Assembly (NCBI GenBank): GCA_947623595.1
Contig: CANQHC010000006.1
Span: 1,005-65,004, forward strand
DNA: 64,000 bases
DNA from: an uncultured Clostridia bacterium
GTDB lineage: Bacteria > Bacillota > Clostridia > TANB77 > CAG-508
Direction of reading: 5' to 3'
Of the stretch, positions 39,210 through 48,701 are shown piece after piece (within the stretch, counting starts at the first letter, position 1; every line of letters starts with the position of its first letter). The translations under genes were made by a program, and so were the position numbers. The notes under the pieces are model-generated. The model searched no databases. It was not told the origin of the DNA and was given only the letters and a program-made list of their open reading frames with translations.

Positions 39210-40121
39210 ATGGCAATAAAATTAATAGCTAGTGACTTAGATGGCACTTTCCTTGCAAAAGATAATTCTATTCCAGAAAGTAATTTAAGAGCAATTGAAA
39301 CAATGAAACAAAAACAGATACCTTTTGCAATTTGCACTGGAAAAAATTATGCTATATCTAAAGAAATTTGTGAACAATGTGATGCACATTATGGAATTTT
39401 CGGTAATGGCACACAAATTATAGATTTAAAAAATAAAAAGGAAATTTTTCATCATCAGTTAACCACAGATGAAGTTATATTTTGTTATAACATTGCTGTA
39501 AAATATGATCTTCACTTGCATGCATATGGCAATAATTTTATAATTACTGAAAATTTAAAATACTTAGATTTATATAATTACCTTATTTTCTTTCAATCTA
39601 AAGGTTCTATTTTTGGAAAATATGATTCTAATTTCAATCTTATTTTAACAAATCAGAACAAAAAAGATTTTTCTTTTTATATTGTAAAAAACTTTATTCA
39701 ATATTTAAAAGAAAATGAAAATTTACCTATTTTTAACGTGATTTTATCTTCTGAAGAAGGTTTAGAGGAAGTTGAAAAAGAATTGAAAGAAAAAACTAAT
39801 TTATCCATAAATCATTGCTCAAAAAAAGGCAAATACAAAGACAATGTTATAAAAAAAGAATATGAATATTTGTCAATTGCCCCTCAGAGCATTGGTAAAG
39901 GGTATGCTTTAAATATTTTAAAGAATTATTTGAATGTTGACACTAGTGATATTTTATCAATTGGAGATAACTTAAATGATATTGATCTGCTTAAAAATTC
40001 TGGTGTTGGAGTTGCAATTGCTAATGCTTATGATTGTGTAAAAAAGGTTGCAACTTATACAACTCATAATTCAGCTAGCAATGGTGGATTTGCAGAAGCA
40101 GTTTTCCATTTTATGCATTAA
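39210..40121 (+). CDS. Cof-type HAD-IIB phosphatase
   Basis: ..IKLIASDLDGTFL.. (motif I) and ..SIGDNLNDIDLLKNSGVGVAIANA.. (motif IV). Confidence 0.85.
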   Translation: MAIKLIASDLDGTFLAKDNSIPESNLRAIETMKQKQIPFAICTGKNYAISKEICEQCDAHYGIFGNGTQIIDLKNKKEIFHHQLTTDEVIFCYNIAVKYDLHLHAYGNNFIITENLKYLDLYNYLIFFQSKGSIFGKYDSNFNLILTNQNKKDFSFYIVKNFIQYLKENENLPIFNVILSSEEGLEEVEKELKEKTNLSINHCSKKGKYKDNVIKKEYEYLSIAPQSIGKGYALNILKNYLNVDTSDILSIGDNLNDIDLLKNSGVGVAIANAYDCVKKVATYTTHNSASNGGFAEAVFHFMH

Positions 40122-40166
40122 AAATTATTTAAAACTATGTTTTTATTAAAATACTATATAGGAATT

Positions 40167-40282
40167 AAAAACAGTAAAATATAATAGATTATAATACAAT
40201 TGAAAAGCTTTTTAAGTTTATTAGATTTTCCCCTTAAGTATAAAATCAATTGTACAAAAAAATATTATATTTTACTGTTTTT
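40167..40282. repeat. 19-bp perfect inverted repeat with a 78-nt loop
   Basis: AAAAACAGTAAAATATAAT (40167-40185) pairs with ATTATATTTTACTGTTTTT (40264-40282), between convergent genes. Confidence 0.85.
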
Positions 40283-40299
40283 TATATATTATTTCCGAA

Positions 40300-40392
40300 T
40301 ATTTTCTATTTTTTGAAATTATCTTTAAAATATTTTATTTTTCTATTTTTTTGAAATTATCTTTAAAATATTTTATTTTTCTATTTTTTCTG
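40300..40392. repeat. ~38-bp direct duplication (2 copies plus a partial) spanning the cdaA stop codon
   Basis: GAAATTATCTTTAAAATATTTTATTTTTCTATTTTTT occurs at 40315 and 40353. Each copy contains the reverse complement of ..KIEK-stop. Confidence 0.85.
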
Positions 40393-41356
40393 AATTTTGC
40401 TCATCACTTTTTGTAACTTTATCTTTGCTTTTCTTTTCCTTCTTCTTTAGTTTAGTTTTAACTACTTCTTTTTGTTTGTCACTTCCAAAACGTTTAAGTA
40501 CAATATGTCTCATTAAAATATTTTTTAATGTTTCTTCTTTTAAATCAGCTATTAAAGTTCCATCTTTTGCCACTGATATTTTACCTGTTTCTTCTGAAAT
40601 AATTACAGCAATGGCGTCTGATTCTTTTGATATTCCAATTCCAGCACGATGCCTTGTTCCAATTTCTTTTGCTATATCTTTATCATCTGCTAAAGGTAAA
40701 ATGCAAGCTGCTGCTGCAATTTTATTTTTTGAAATAATGACAGCTCCATCATGTAATGGGGTTTTAGGAGTAAATAAATTTACAATTAGTTGAGGTGACA
40801 CTTCTGCATCTAGCTTAACTCCAGTATCTATAATATCATTAATTTGAATATCTCTTTCTAAGACAATTAAACCACCTGTTTTTGTTTTAGCAAGTTCTGT
40901 TGCTGCAATAACTATTTTATAAATATTCTCCTTTGTTTTAGATTCTAAGTCTTTATCTAATCCAAAATATTTAGTTAATTTATTTGTTCCTAATTGTTCA
41001 AGCATTCGCCTTAATTCTGGTTGAAAAATTACAACTAAGGCAATTACACCATATGGCATAAAAAATGTTAAAATAAAATTTAGAATTCTTAATTGCAAAA
41101 TTTCACTTAAAGCCATTATTACTAAAATAAGAACAATTCCCTTTAATAATTGCCAAGCCCTTGAACTTTTAGCATACATAATAAATTTGTAAAAAATATA
41201 TATTACAATTATTATGTCCAATAATAGAGTTATCAACTTAAATGGATTTTTTGATAACTCTATCATATAATTGGCAAAAGATAAGCCTATTTCATTAATA
41301 CTCAATTTAAAATTTTCAAACATATTAAATTCCATTCCTTTCTTCTTTGCTAACAC
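40373..41356 (-). CDS. cdaA: Membrane-bound diadenylate cyclase CdaA
   Basis: Three N-terminal TM helices followed by a DAC domain ..TGGLIVLERD.. ..PLHDGAVIISKNKIAAAACILPLA.. ..GTRHRAGIGISKESDAIAVIISEETG... Start is uncertain: GTG at 41356, or ATG at 41335 or 41323. Confidence 0.88.
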   Translation of the reverse strand: MLAKKKGMEFNMFENFKLSINEIGLSFANYMIELSKNPFKLITLLLDIIIVIYIFYKFIMYAKSSRAWQLLKGIVLILVIMALSEILQLRILNFILTFFMPYGVIALVVIFQPELRRMLEQLGTNKLTKYFGLDKDLESKTKENIYKIVIAATELAKTKTGGLIVLERDIQINDIIDTGVKLDAEVSPQLIVNLFTPKTPLHDGAVIISKNKIAAAACILPLADDKDIAKEIGTRHRAGIGISKESDAIAVIISEETGKISVAKDGTLIADLKEETLKNILMRHIVLKRFGSDKQKEVVKTKLKKKEKKSKDKVTKSDEQNSEKIEK

Positions 41357-41411
41357 ATATTTCTGTATGGAAGTTTAATTATTTTCAAATTACCTTCTTT
41401 TGTTTAAAATG

Positions 41412-41534
41412 TTATGCAGAAACTAGATAGAAAATTAATGTAGTTGCAACAGAAAGTACCATCATGGCAGCTAATATAGCAGCCATAATTTTAGTTGCAA
41501 TTTTTCCAATATCTCTTTTATTATTTTTTGCCAT
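41412..41534 (-). CDS. 40-aa single-TM protein
   Basis: Below the ORF-track cutoff. AAGGAGGGAAACTT-ATG; MAKNNKRDIGKIATKIMAAILAAMMVLSVATTLIFYLVSA*. Confidence 0.6.
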   Translation of the reverse strand: MAKNNKRDIGKIATKIMAAILAAMMVLSVATTLIFYLVSA

Positions 41535-41557
41535 AAGTTTCCCTCCTTACTTAATTT

Positions 41558-42370
41558 CTATTGTACTGTAGCTCCATATTGTTGCATAATCCAATTTTGA
41601 TAATCAAACACATCATTTGTTTGTGGAATTCCATAATCTATTCCATATGTTTCTACTGTTATGCTCTTTATTACTGGTGGTTCTTTTGGTCTATCAGATG
41701 CAATTGTGTTACCATCTTTATCTTTTGGTGCCTCTTCTCCTTCTTTTAATTCATCTTCTCTATAATGAACTTCTGTGTTTGCTACTTTTTCTACAACATC
41801 CATTCCTTCTATAACTTGTCCAAATGCTGAATATAATCCATCTAATGAAGTGTTATCAGCAGTCATAATAAAGAATTGTGAACCTGCTGAATTATATCCA
41901 TAAGTAGATAGTGTAGAACTATAAGAACCATAATCTGTTCTAGCCATAGAAATAACACCTTTAGTATGTTTTAAATTATTATTTGTATACTTATTTGCAA
42001 TAAATTCTCCTGGAATGCTGTATTCTTTATCTTCAGCAACATTATCTTGAATATTGCTTAATTTAGGAGAACCAGTACCATCTCCATTAACATCTCCACC
42101 TTGAATCATAAAGTCTGGAATGGTTCTGTGAAAGGTAAGCCCATTATAAAAACCACGATTTGCTAATGTGATGAAATTTGCTACTGTATTTGGAGCTTTA
42201 TCTGGGTAAAGCTCTATTTTAACTGTTCCATATTTTTCTATTTCCATTGTTGCTACTGGATTTGGAATGTTAGTTGTATATTTTAAATAAAAACCATAAC
42301 TTACATACGCAATTCCTACTATTACTAAAATAATTGCTAAAATTAATATTAATTTTTTAAATATTTTCAT
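41558..42370 (-). CDS. Membrane-anchored cyclophilin-type peptidyl-prolyl isomerase
   Basis: N-terminal TM helix; ..APNTVANFITLANRGFYNGLTFHRTIPDFMIQGGD.. ..GSQFFIM... Confidence 0.9.
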   Translation of the reverse strand: MKIFKKLILILAIILVIVGIAYVSYGFYLKYTTNIPNPVATMEIEKYGTVKIELYPDKAPNTVANFITLANRGFYNGLTFHRTIPDFMIQGGDVNGDGTGSPKLSNIQDNVAEDKEYSIPGEFIANKYTNNNLKHTKGVISMARTDYGSYSSTLSTYGYNSAGSQFFIMTADNTSLDGLYSAFGQVIEGMDVVEKVANTEVHYREDELKEGEEAPKDKDGNTIASDRPKEPPVIKSITVETYGIDYGIPQTNDVFDYQNWIMQQYGATVQ

Positions 42371-42428
42371 GTTTCCTCCTAATTTTTTTCACAATAGATT
42401 TTTTTAATTTTCAAATATCATTATACAT

Positions 42429-43505
42429 TTACAACATTAAATTGTCAAATACAAATTGTTCCTGCATACGTTTTAAAGATTGCCTGATAGTTCTAGCTCT
42501 TACCTCGCCAATTCCATCAACATCATCTAATTGCTGTATATCTGCAATTAAAATATGTTGGAAAGATTTAAACGATTTTACTAAATTTTCTACAATATTA
42601 TTAGGCATTCTAGGTATTTTACTTAGTACACGATATCCTCTTGTATATACTCCAATTTCATCATAATTTTCGAAATCTTCATATCCTAATAATTTTGCAA
42701 TTTTATCTAAAGTCATCAAATCTTCTCTTTCTAATGCTTGAATTTCATTTAAAACTTTTTCAGCTGATTTTCTTTTACTTGGTGCTATGTAATCTTTGAT
42801 GGTTAATAGTTCTTCTTTTTCTAGATCTCCAATCAATTCTTCTAATTGCATTTGAAGAAGCCTTCCTTCTTCACCTAATTCATAAATTGCTTTTTGCACT
42901 TCTTCTACTACTTTCATTACCATTTCTGCACGTTGAATAACATGAATAACATTTTCTAAAGTAACAATATCATTAAATTCATATTCATTCAATAAATTCA
43001 ACTTATCATCAAATACCTTTTTATATTTTTCTACTGTTTGTAGTGCTTGATTTGCCTTTGAAATAACTTTTGCTGTATCCTCTAAAACATATCGATTATT
43101 TCCTTTAAAGATAGTAATAACACCTCTTCTTTGTGAAATACTTATTACTAATGCTCCTGTTTGTTTAGCAGTACGCTCTGCTGTACGGTGCCTAGTACCA
43201 GTTTCTGAAGTTGTAATTTCTGAAGATGGTATTAATTGTGCATTTGCATATAATATCTTTTTTAAATCCTCACTTAAGACAATTGCTCCATCCATTTTAG
43301 CTAGTTCATATAGCCTTGAAGAGGTATAATCAATATCAAGTTGAAAACCGCCATCTACTAAATCTAATACATCTTTTGTATCTCCAATTGCAATTAATGC
43401 TCCTGTTTTTGCCTTTAAAATGTTTTCTAAACCGTCGCGAATAGGAGTTCCTGGTGCAATCAACTTTAATACTTCTGTAATTGTATCATCCTTTTTTGCT
43501 AACAT
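42429..43505 (-). CDS. disA: DNA integrity scanning protein DisA (diadenylate cyclase)
   Basis: ..LAPGTPIRDGLENILKAKTGALIAIGD.. ..GTRHRTAERTAKQTGALVISISQRRG.. C-terminal HhH ..VDGIGEVRARTI... Follows radA. Confidence 0.92.
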   Translation of the reverse strand: MLAKKDDTITEVLKLIAPGTPIRDGLENILKAKTGALIAIGDTKDVLDLVDGGFQLDIDYTSSRLYELAKMDGAIVLSEDLKKILYANAQLIPSSEITTSETGTRHRTAERTAKQTGALVISISQRRGVITIFKGNNRYVLEDTAKVISKANQALQTVEKYKKVFDDKLNLLNEYEFNDIVTLENVIHVIQRAEMVMKVVEEVQKAIYELGEEGRLLQMQLEELIGDLEKEELLTIKDYIAPSKRKSAEKVLNEIQALEREDLMTLDKIAKLLGYEDFENYDEIGVYTRGYRVLSKIPRMPNNIVENLVKSFKSFQHILIADIQQLDDVDGIGEVRARTIRQSLKRMQEQFVFDNLML

Positions 43506-43559
43506 ATTTGCCCCCTCACAATTATTTTACTAGGTTTAATAAATATCATTCATAAAAAC

Positions 43560-44918
43560 TTATTTTAGTTTAGCTGCTTTCATTGCTTCATTTACATTTC
43601 TAACCCCTATTATATCTAACCTATACTTTTCTTTCAAGAGTTTTTTATTACTTTCTGGTATAATACAAGTTTTAAATCCTAATTTTTCAGCTTCTTTTAA
43701 TCTCTTATCTATTAAATTAACAGCTCTTACTTCTCCTGTTAACCCTACTTCTCCAATAACAACAGTAGTTGTATCTATGCTAATATTTTTAAAGCTTGAA
43801 GCAACAGCCAAAACCATTCCCAAATCGACCGCTGGTTCATTAATATGTATTCCACTTACTACATTCAAATAAATATCTTGTGCGCCAAGTGCTAAACTTG
43901 CTTTTTTCTCTAATACAGCTACTAATAAAGTAAGCCTATTATAATCAATACCATTTGCAGTTCTTCTTGGAAGCCCAAATACACTTGGAGTAGTTAATGC
44001 TTGAAGTTCAATTAATAACGGTCTTGTTCCTTCCATGCTTGCAACTATGATAGAACCTGAAGGATTATCTTCTCTTTCAGAAATTAATACTGACGATGGA
44101 TTGGTAATTTCGACCATTCCTTCACTTTGCATCTCAAACATTCCAACTTCATTTGTAGATCCAAAACGATTTTTTACTCCTCTCAAAATTCTATATGAAA
44201 AATATCTTTCTCCTTCTATATAAAGAACTGTATCTACCATATGCTCCAATACTCTTGGACCTGCTATATTTCCATCTTTTGTAACATGCCCAATAATAAT
44301 TGTAGTAATCTCATTTCCTTTACATACACGCATGATTCTTGATGTTATCTCTCTAACTTGACTTACAGTTCCTGCCGCAGAAGAAATTTCGTCAGAATAC
44401 ATTGTTTGAATTGAATCAATAATAACTAATTTGGGTTTCATTTCTAAAATAGCATTTTCTATTAACTCTATATCTGTTTCTCCTAAAAATAAAATATTAT
44501 TATTATGTATTCCTAGTCTATCAGCTCTAATCTTTATTTGTTCTGCAGATTCTTCTCCTGAAACATATAAAACTTTTCCATCTCCTTGCATCTTATCACA
44601 AATTTGTAAAATTAAAGTTGACTTTCCTATTCCTGGCTCTCCACCAACTAAAACTAGTGAACCTTTTACTAAACCTCCGCCTAGTACCCTGTCAAGTTCT
44701 CCAATACCAGTATGTGTGCGTACAGCATCTTTTCCTATAACATCATTTAATGCTTTTGGGGTAACTATTTTTTTCTCACCAGTAGAAGTATTTGTTTTTG
44801 CCTGCATTTTTTCTTCATAAAAACTATTCCACTCATTACACCCTGGACATTTTCCAAGCCATTTTGTAGATTCGTATCCACAACTACTACATACAAATAT
44901 TGTTTTTGTTTTTGGCAT
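43560..44918 (-). CDS. radA: DNA repair protein RadA/Sms
   Basis: Zn-finger FVCSSCGYESTKWLGKCPGCNEWNSF; Walker A GGEPGIGKST; KNRFG motif; Lon-like C-terminus. Confidence 0.95.
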   Translation of the reverse strand: MPKTKTIFVCSSCGYESTKWLGKCPGCNEWNSFYEEKMQAKTNTSTGEKKIVTPKALNDVIGKDAVRTHTGIGELDRVLGGGLVKGSLVLVGGEPGIGKSTLILQICDKMQGDGKVLYVSGEESAEQIKIRADRLGIHNNNILFLGETDIELIENAILEMKPKLVIIDSIQTMYSDEISSAAGTVSQVREITSRIMRVCKGNEITTIIIGHVTKDGNIAGPRVLEHMVDTVLYIEGERYFSYRILRGVKNRFGSTNEVGMFEMQSEGMVEITNPSSVLISEREDNPSGSIIVASMEGTRPLLIELQALTTPSVFGLPRRTANGIDYNRLTLLVAVLEKKASLALGAQDIYLNVVSGIHINEPAVDLGMVLAVASSFKNISIDTTTVVIGEVGLTGEVRAVNLIDKRLKEAEKLGFKTCIIPESNKKLLKEKYRLDIIGVRNVNEAMKAAKLK

Positions 44919-44946
44919 TTTATCTCCTTCTCTTTGCTTTCTTATT

Positions 44947-46890
44947 TTAACTTAAATATGCTATAAACATTGCATGTGCCCAACCTAAAGCATTTACCCA
45001 GCTTGGTGCCATTGTTTGATTGTCTACTTGTTCAGCTAAAAATCCATGTTCATTTGCAGTGTTTACAACAAATTCTAGACATTCCTTTGCTTTACGTTTT
45101 TCTCCTGCCTTTTTATAATACATTGCCATCCATAATGTTGAAATTGGCCAAGGACTTTTTCCTCCACAATAATGATCATCTTCAAATCTCAAATAGCCAC
45201 CTGTATATGTTCTTAAAGTTAAATTTATCTTTTCTACTGTATTTTGCACTTTTTTCTCTTTTGGTGAAAATATATTAAATGGCACAACAATTCCTAATTG
45301 ACTAATATCTGTTTGTTTATCATTTAGATTTCTTAAAAATGATTTTGTACTTTCATCATATAGATTGTCGTTAATATATTTCTTTATTTCTTCTTGATAA
45401 TTTACCATTTTAGCTTCTAATTTATTCATTGACTCAACTTTTAACCTATTGTTTTGTTCATAACCAGGTTTTAAAATAGCATTTATTTCTTTCATTGCTT
45501 GAAATGCTGAATAAATAGCTGAAAGAGAATATAAATGTACACCTTCGTGCATTTCCCATAAATCATAGCTTTTGGGTAATTTTGTTCTATCTTGAGTATG
45601 ATAAGTTTCTTCAATTTCTTTTTTTACAACATCTGATTGATCCCTTTTTCCTAATATGTTGTCCATATATATGCATAAAAATTTTGCTGCGTTTTCACAC
45701 ATTTTATATGTATCTTTCAAAAATTTTTCTTGTTTTACTACTTTATAATGCTCATAAACTCCATGAATTACACTTGCTGTTTCATCTATTTGATATCCCC
45801 AACATGGAGCTAATCTACAGTCTGTATAAAATCTTTGCTCCCACATTCCATTTTTACTTTGTGTTTCCTTACAAAAAATTTTGTAGAATTTTTCTGTTTC
45901 CTTGGTCATTTTTATACAGTCTAAAGCTTTTGTAACAAATACTGCATCTCTTGGCCAGCAATAACTATACCTTCCACATTTCGTCATTTGTTCATCTATT
46001 TCAACTGCAGCTACTACTCCTCCAGTATCTTCATTGATTAAAAGTGGAAATAATAAGATGCTTCTTTGATAAATTCGATTTAGCTTTTTATTAAATTCTG
46101 TAGTTTCAGGTAAAAGTGTCATTCCTAAGTGATCTTTAACAAACTTTTTCCAATATTTTTCTACTACTTGTTCCTCTTTTTCTATATCTAATTTTTTTAT
46201 TTGATTAATTTGCTTGTTTAATTCTTCTTCTGTAATTTTTTCTTCCTTTTTTCTAAAGTATAAATAAAGTACAAGTTCTTTCTTTTCTCCTGGTTTTATA
46301 GTTCCTATATCATAACTTATACTAGAATCACATGACATTCCTATATAGTCTTTGTCAAAAATTTCTCCACTAGTTATATTTTCTCTAGTATCATTTAATT
46401 GATAACTTAAAAGATTAGTTTTAGAAAATGTATATAATTCATAATCATGGCAATATTGTACTAAAGCATTATTTTTTATTTGAGACCCCACCATGTTATT
46501 AAAATTTGATAATAATTTTGCATGTACTAGAAAATTAACATTTAGATCTATATTATTTCTATTTTCAAATTGATATTTTTTTACCAAAACACTATTTTTT
46601 AATAATACAAAATCAGTTTGTTTTATCCATAATTTAAAATAAGTATTAAAAATTTCTGTATGTAAGATATTGGTATTTTCTGTATAATATTGATTATATT
46701 GGTTATTAATGTCTTGATGTAAATAAATCATACCTGAGTCATTTATTTTTACACCTGTTAAAAATTCGTCTATCCAACTTCTAAAGTCAGGCATTGGATA
46801 AATTACTCTTAATAATTCTCCTGTTTTTGTATAACTTGCTGTAATATTTTTTCCGCCAATAATTGCGTCATTATTATATTTATTTTTCAT
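44947..46890 (-). CDS. Glycoside hydrolase family 15 (glucoamylase/glucodextranase-like)
   Basis: ..RYSYCWPRDAVFVTKAL.. and ..YDLWEMHEGVHLYSLSAIYSAF.. resemble GH15 catalytic-domain motifs. No signal peptide seen. Confidence 0.75.
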   Translation of the reverse strand: MKNKYNNDAIIGGKNITASYTKTGELLRVIYPMPDFRSWIDEFLTGVKINDSGMIYLHQDINNQYNQYYTENTNILHTEIFNTYFKLWIKQTDFVLLKNSVLVKKYQFENRNNIDLNVNFLVHAKLLSNFNNMVGSQIKNNALVQYCHDYELYTFSKTNLLSYQLNDTRENITSGEIFDKDYIGMSCDSSISYDIGTIKPGEKKELVLYLYFRKKEEKITEEELNKQINQIKKLDIEKEEQVVEKYWKKFVKDHLGMTLLPETTEFNKKLNRIYQRSILLFPLLINEDTGGVVAAVEIDEQMTKCGRYSYCWPRDAVFVTKALDCIKMTKETEKFYKIFCKETQSKNGMWEQRFYTDCRLAPCWGYQIDETASVIHGVYEHYKVVKQEKFLKDTYKMCENAAKFLCIYMDNILGKRDQSDVVKKEIEETYHTQDRTKLPKSYDLWEMHEGVHLYSLSAIYSAFQAMKEINAILKPGYEQNNRLKVESMNKLEAKMVNYQEEIKKYINDNLYDESTKSFLRNLNDKQTDISQLGIVVPFNIFSPKEKKVQNTVEKINLTLRTYTGGYLRFEDDHYCGGKSPWPISTLWMAMYYKKAGEKRKAKECLEFVVNTANEHGFLAEQVDNQTMAPSWVNALGWAHAMFIAYLS

Positions 46891-47008
46891 ATGTTCTCCC
46901 TCTTTTTATGTGCCTTTATGCACATTTATTCTCTTAGTAATTTATATTTTTCTAAAATATGTTAGCCTAAAAATCCAACATATTTTATACATTATTCCCA
47001 TTTTTTAT

Positions 47009-48658
47009 CTAGTGTTTTTCTACAATTTTTACAATTTGATCTTCTATTTCATTTAGCCTTAGTTTTAATAAACTAATACTATTATCTGTAGCTTCTTTCG
47101 TCAAATATTCTTCTTTTATAATTGTTTCCATATCTTCTAATTCTTCTTTTAGAATTCTCATTTTTTCTAATACATCTCTTCTTGCTAAAATTCCAGTTGC
47201 AACTGGCTCTACAGTTTGTTCTACCTTTAACTGATCATCTAATGTATATGTTTGACCATATTCTGGTATAGTAACAGGAATGTTTACATTTTCAATAATC
47301 TTTTCCTTTAACACTTCTTGACTTTCAGGTTCTCCATGTACTAGGAAAATATGCTTTGGTTTAGTAATAAATGAATATATGAAGTTTAACAGCCATTCTT
47401 GATCAGCATGACCAGAATATCCTTCTATGTACTCAATTCTTGCAGCTACAGCAATTTCTTCCCCAAAAATTTTTACCATTTTTTCACCCTCTACTAATCT
47501 TCTGCCAAGGGTACCTGCTGCTTGATAACCTACAAATAATATAGTACTGTTTGGATCCCATAAGTGATGTTTTAGGTGATGTTTTATTCTTCCTACTTCG
47601 CACATTCCACTCGCTGAAATTATAATTGCTGACTCATTTTTCTCATTTAATGCTTTAGACTCATCTGCTGTTCTAGTAAATTGTAATCCTGGAAATTCAA
47701 GTGGATTGTCTCCACTTTGAATTAATGCCTGTGTTTCTTCATCAAAAAGATTAGCATTTTCTCTAAATATTTCTGTAGCTGATATTGCTAAAGGACTATC
47801 TACATAAACAGGAGCTTTCATTAATTTCTCGTAATTTTTTTGAAATTGTTCATCATCCTTTTTTTCTTTTATTCCATTTAATTCATATAAAATCTCTTGA
47901 GTTCTACCTACTGCAAATGATGGTATTACAACTGTTCCACCTTTATCTAAAGTTTCAGCAACAATATTTAAAAATAAACTTGCTTTGTCGTCATTTCTCA
48001 TATGTAACCTTGATCCATATGTAGATTCCATTACTAAATAATCCGTGTTATCTATCATAGTTGGAGAAGAAAGTAATGGAATATCATTATTTCCAAGATC
48101 TCCAGTAAATACAGCTTTTGTTTGTTTTCCATCTTCTTCTACCCAAATTTCAATGATTGCAGAACCTAACATATGACCTGCATCATTAAAACGAACATGA
48201 ATATTAGGAGTTACTTCCACAATTTCATCATAATTTACTGGTTTAAAAATTTCCATTGTTCTAATAGCATCTTCTGCTGTGTAAAGTGGAGGAAGTGGAT
48301 CTTTTCCTTCCCTCATTCTTTTTCTATTTCTCCATCCAATTTCTTGTTCTTGAATATGTCCACTATCTGGTAGCATTATAGAACATAAATCTCTAGTTGC
48401 TTTAGTTGTAATAACAGGGTTTCTGTAACCTTCTACATACATTCTGGGAATTCTTCCAGAATGGTCAATGTGTGCATGTGTTAATAGCATAAAATCAATT
48501 TCTTTTACATCATATGGAAATGGTTCATGATTTTTATTTTCTTCTTTGCTACTACCTTGATACATTCCACAATCTACTAAGAATTTTTTTCCAGCACCTT
48601 CTACTAAAAAGTTTGAACCCGTTACAGTTTTCGTTGCACCCAAAAACGTAATTTTCAT
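47009..48658 (-). CDS. MBL-fold beta-CASP family RNA-metabolising hydrolase
   Basis: MKITFLGATKTVTGSNFLV..DCGMYQG.. ..LLTHAHIDHSGRIP.. ..HASGH-like ..GYSGHAD... Start at the ATG at 48658. Confidence 0.75.
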   Translation of the reverse strand: MKITFLGATKTVTGSNFLVEGAGKKFLVDCGMYQGSSKEENKNHEPFPYDVKEIDFMLLTHAHIDHSGRIPRMYVEGYRNPVITTKATRDLCSIMLPDSGHIQEQEIGWRNRKRMREGKDPLPPLYTAEDAIRTMEIFKPVNYDEIVEVTPNIHVRFNDAGHMLGSAIIEIWVEEDGKQTKAVFTGDLGNNDIPLLSSPTMIDNTDYLVMESTYGSRLHMRNDDKASLFLNIVAETLDKGGTVVIPSFAVGRTQEILYELNGIKEKKDDEQFQKNYEKLMKAPVYVDSPLAISATEIFRENANLFDEETQALIQSGDNPLEFPGLQFTRTADESKALNEKNESAIIISASGMCEVGRIKHHLKHHLWDPNSTILFVGYQAAGTLGRRLVEGEKMVKIFGEEIAVAARIEYIEGYSGHADQEWLLNFIYSFITKPKHIFLVHGEPESQEVLKEKIIENVNIPVTIPEYGQTYTLDDQLKVEQTVEPVATGILARRDVLEKMRILKEELEDMETIIKEEYLTKEATDNSISLLKLRLNEIEDQIVKIVEKH

Positions 48659-48701
48659 ACAAATTTCCATCCTTCCATAAATATTTATTTGCTAATTTAC
48701 T

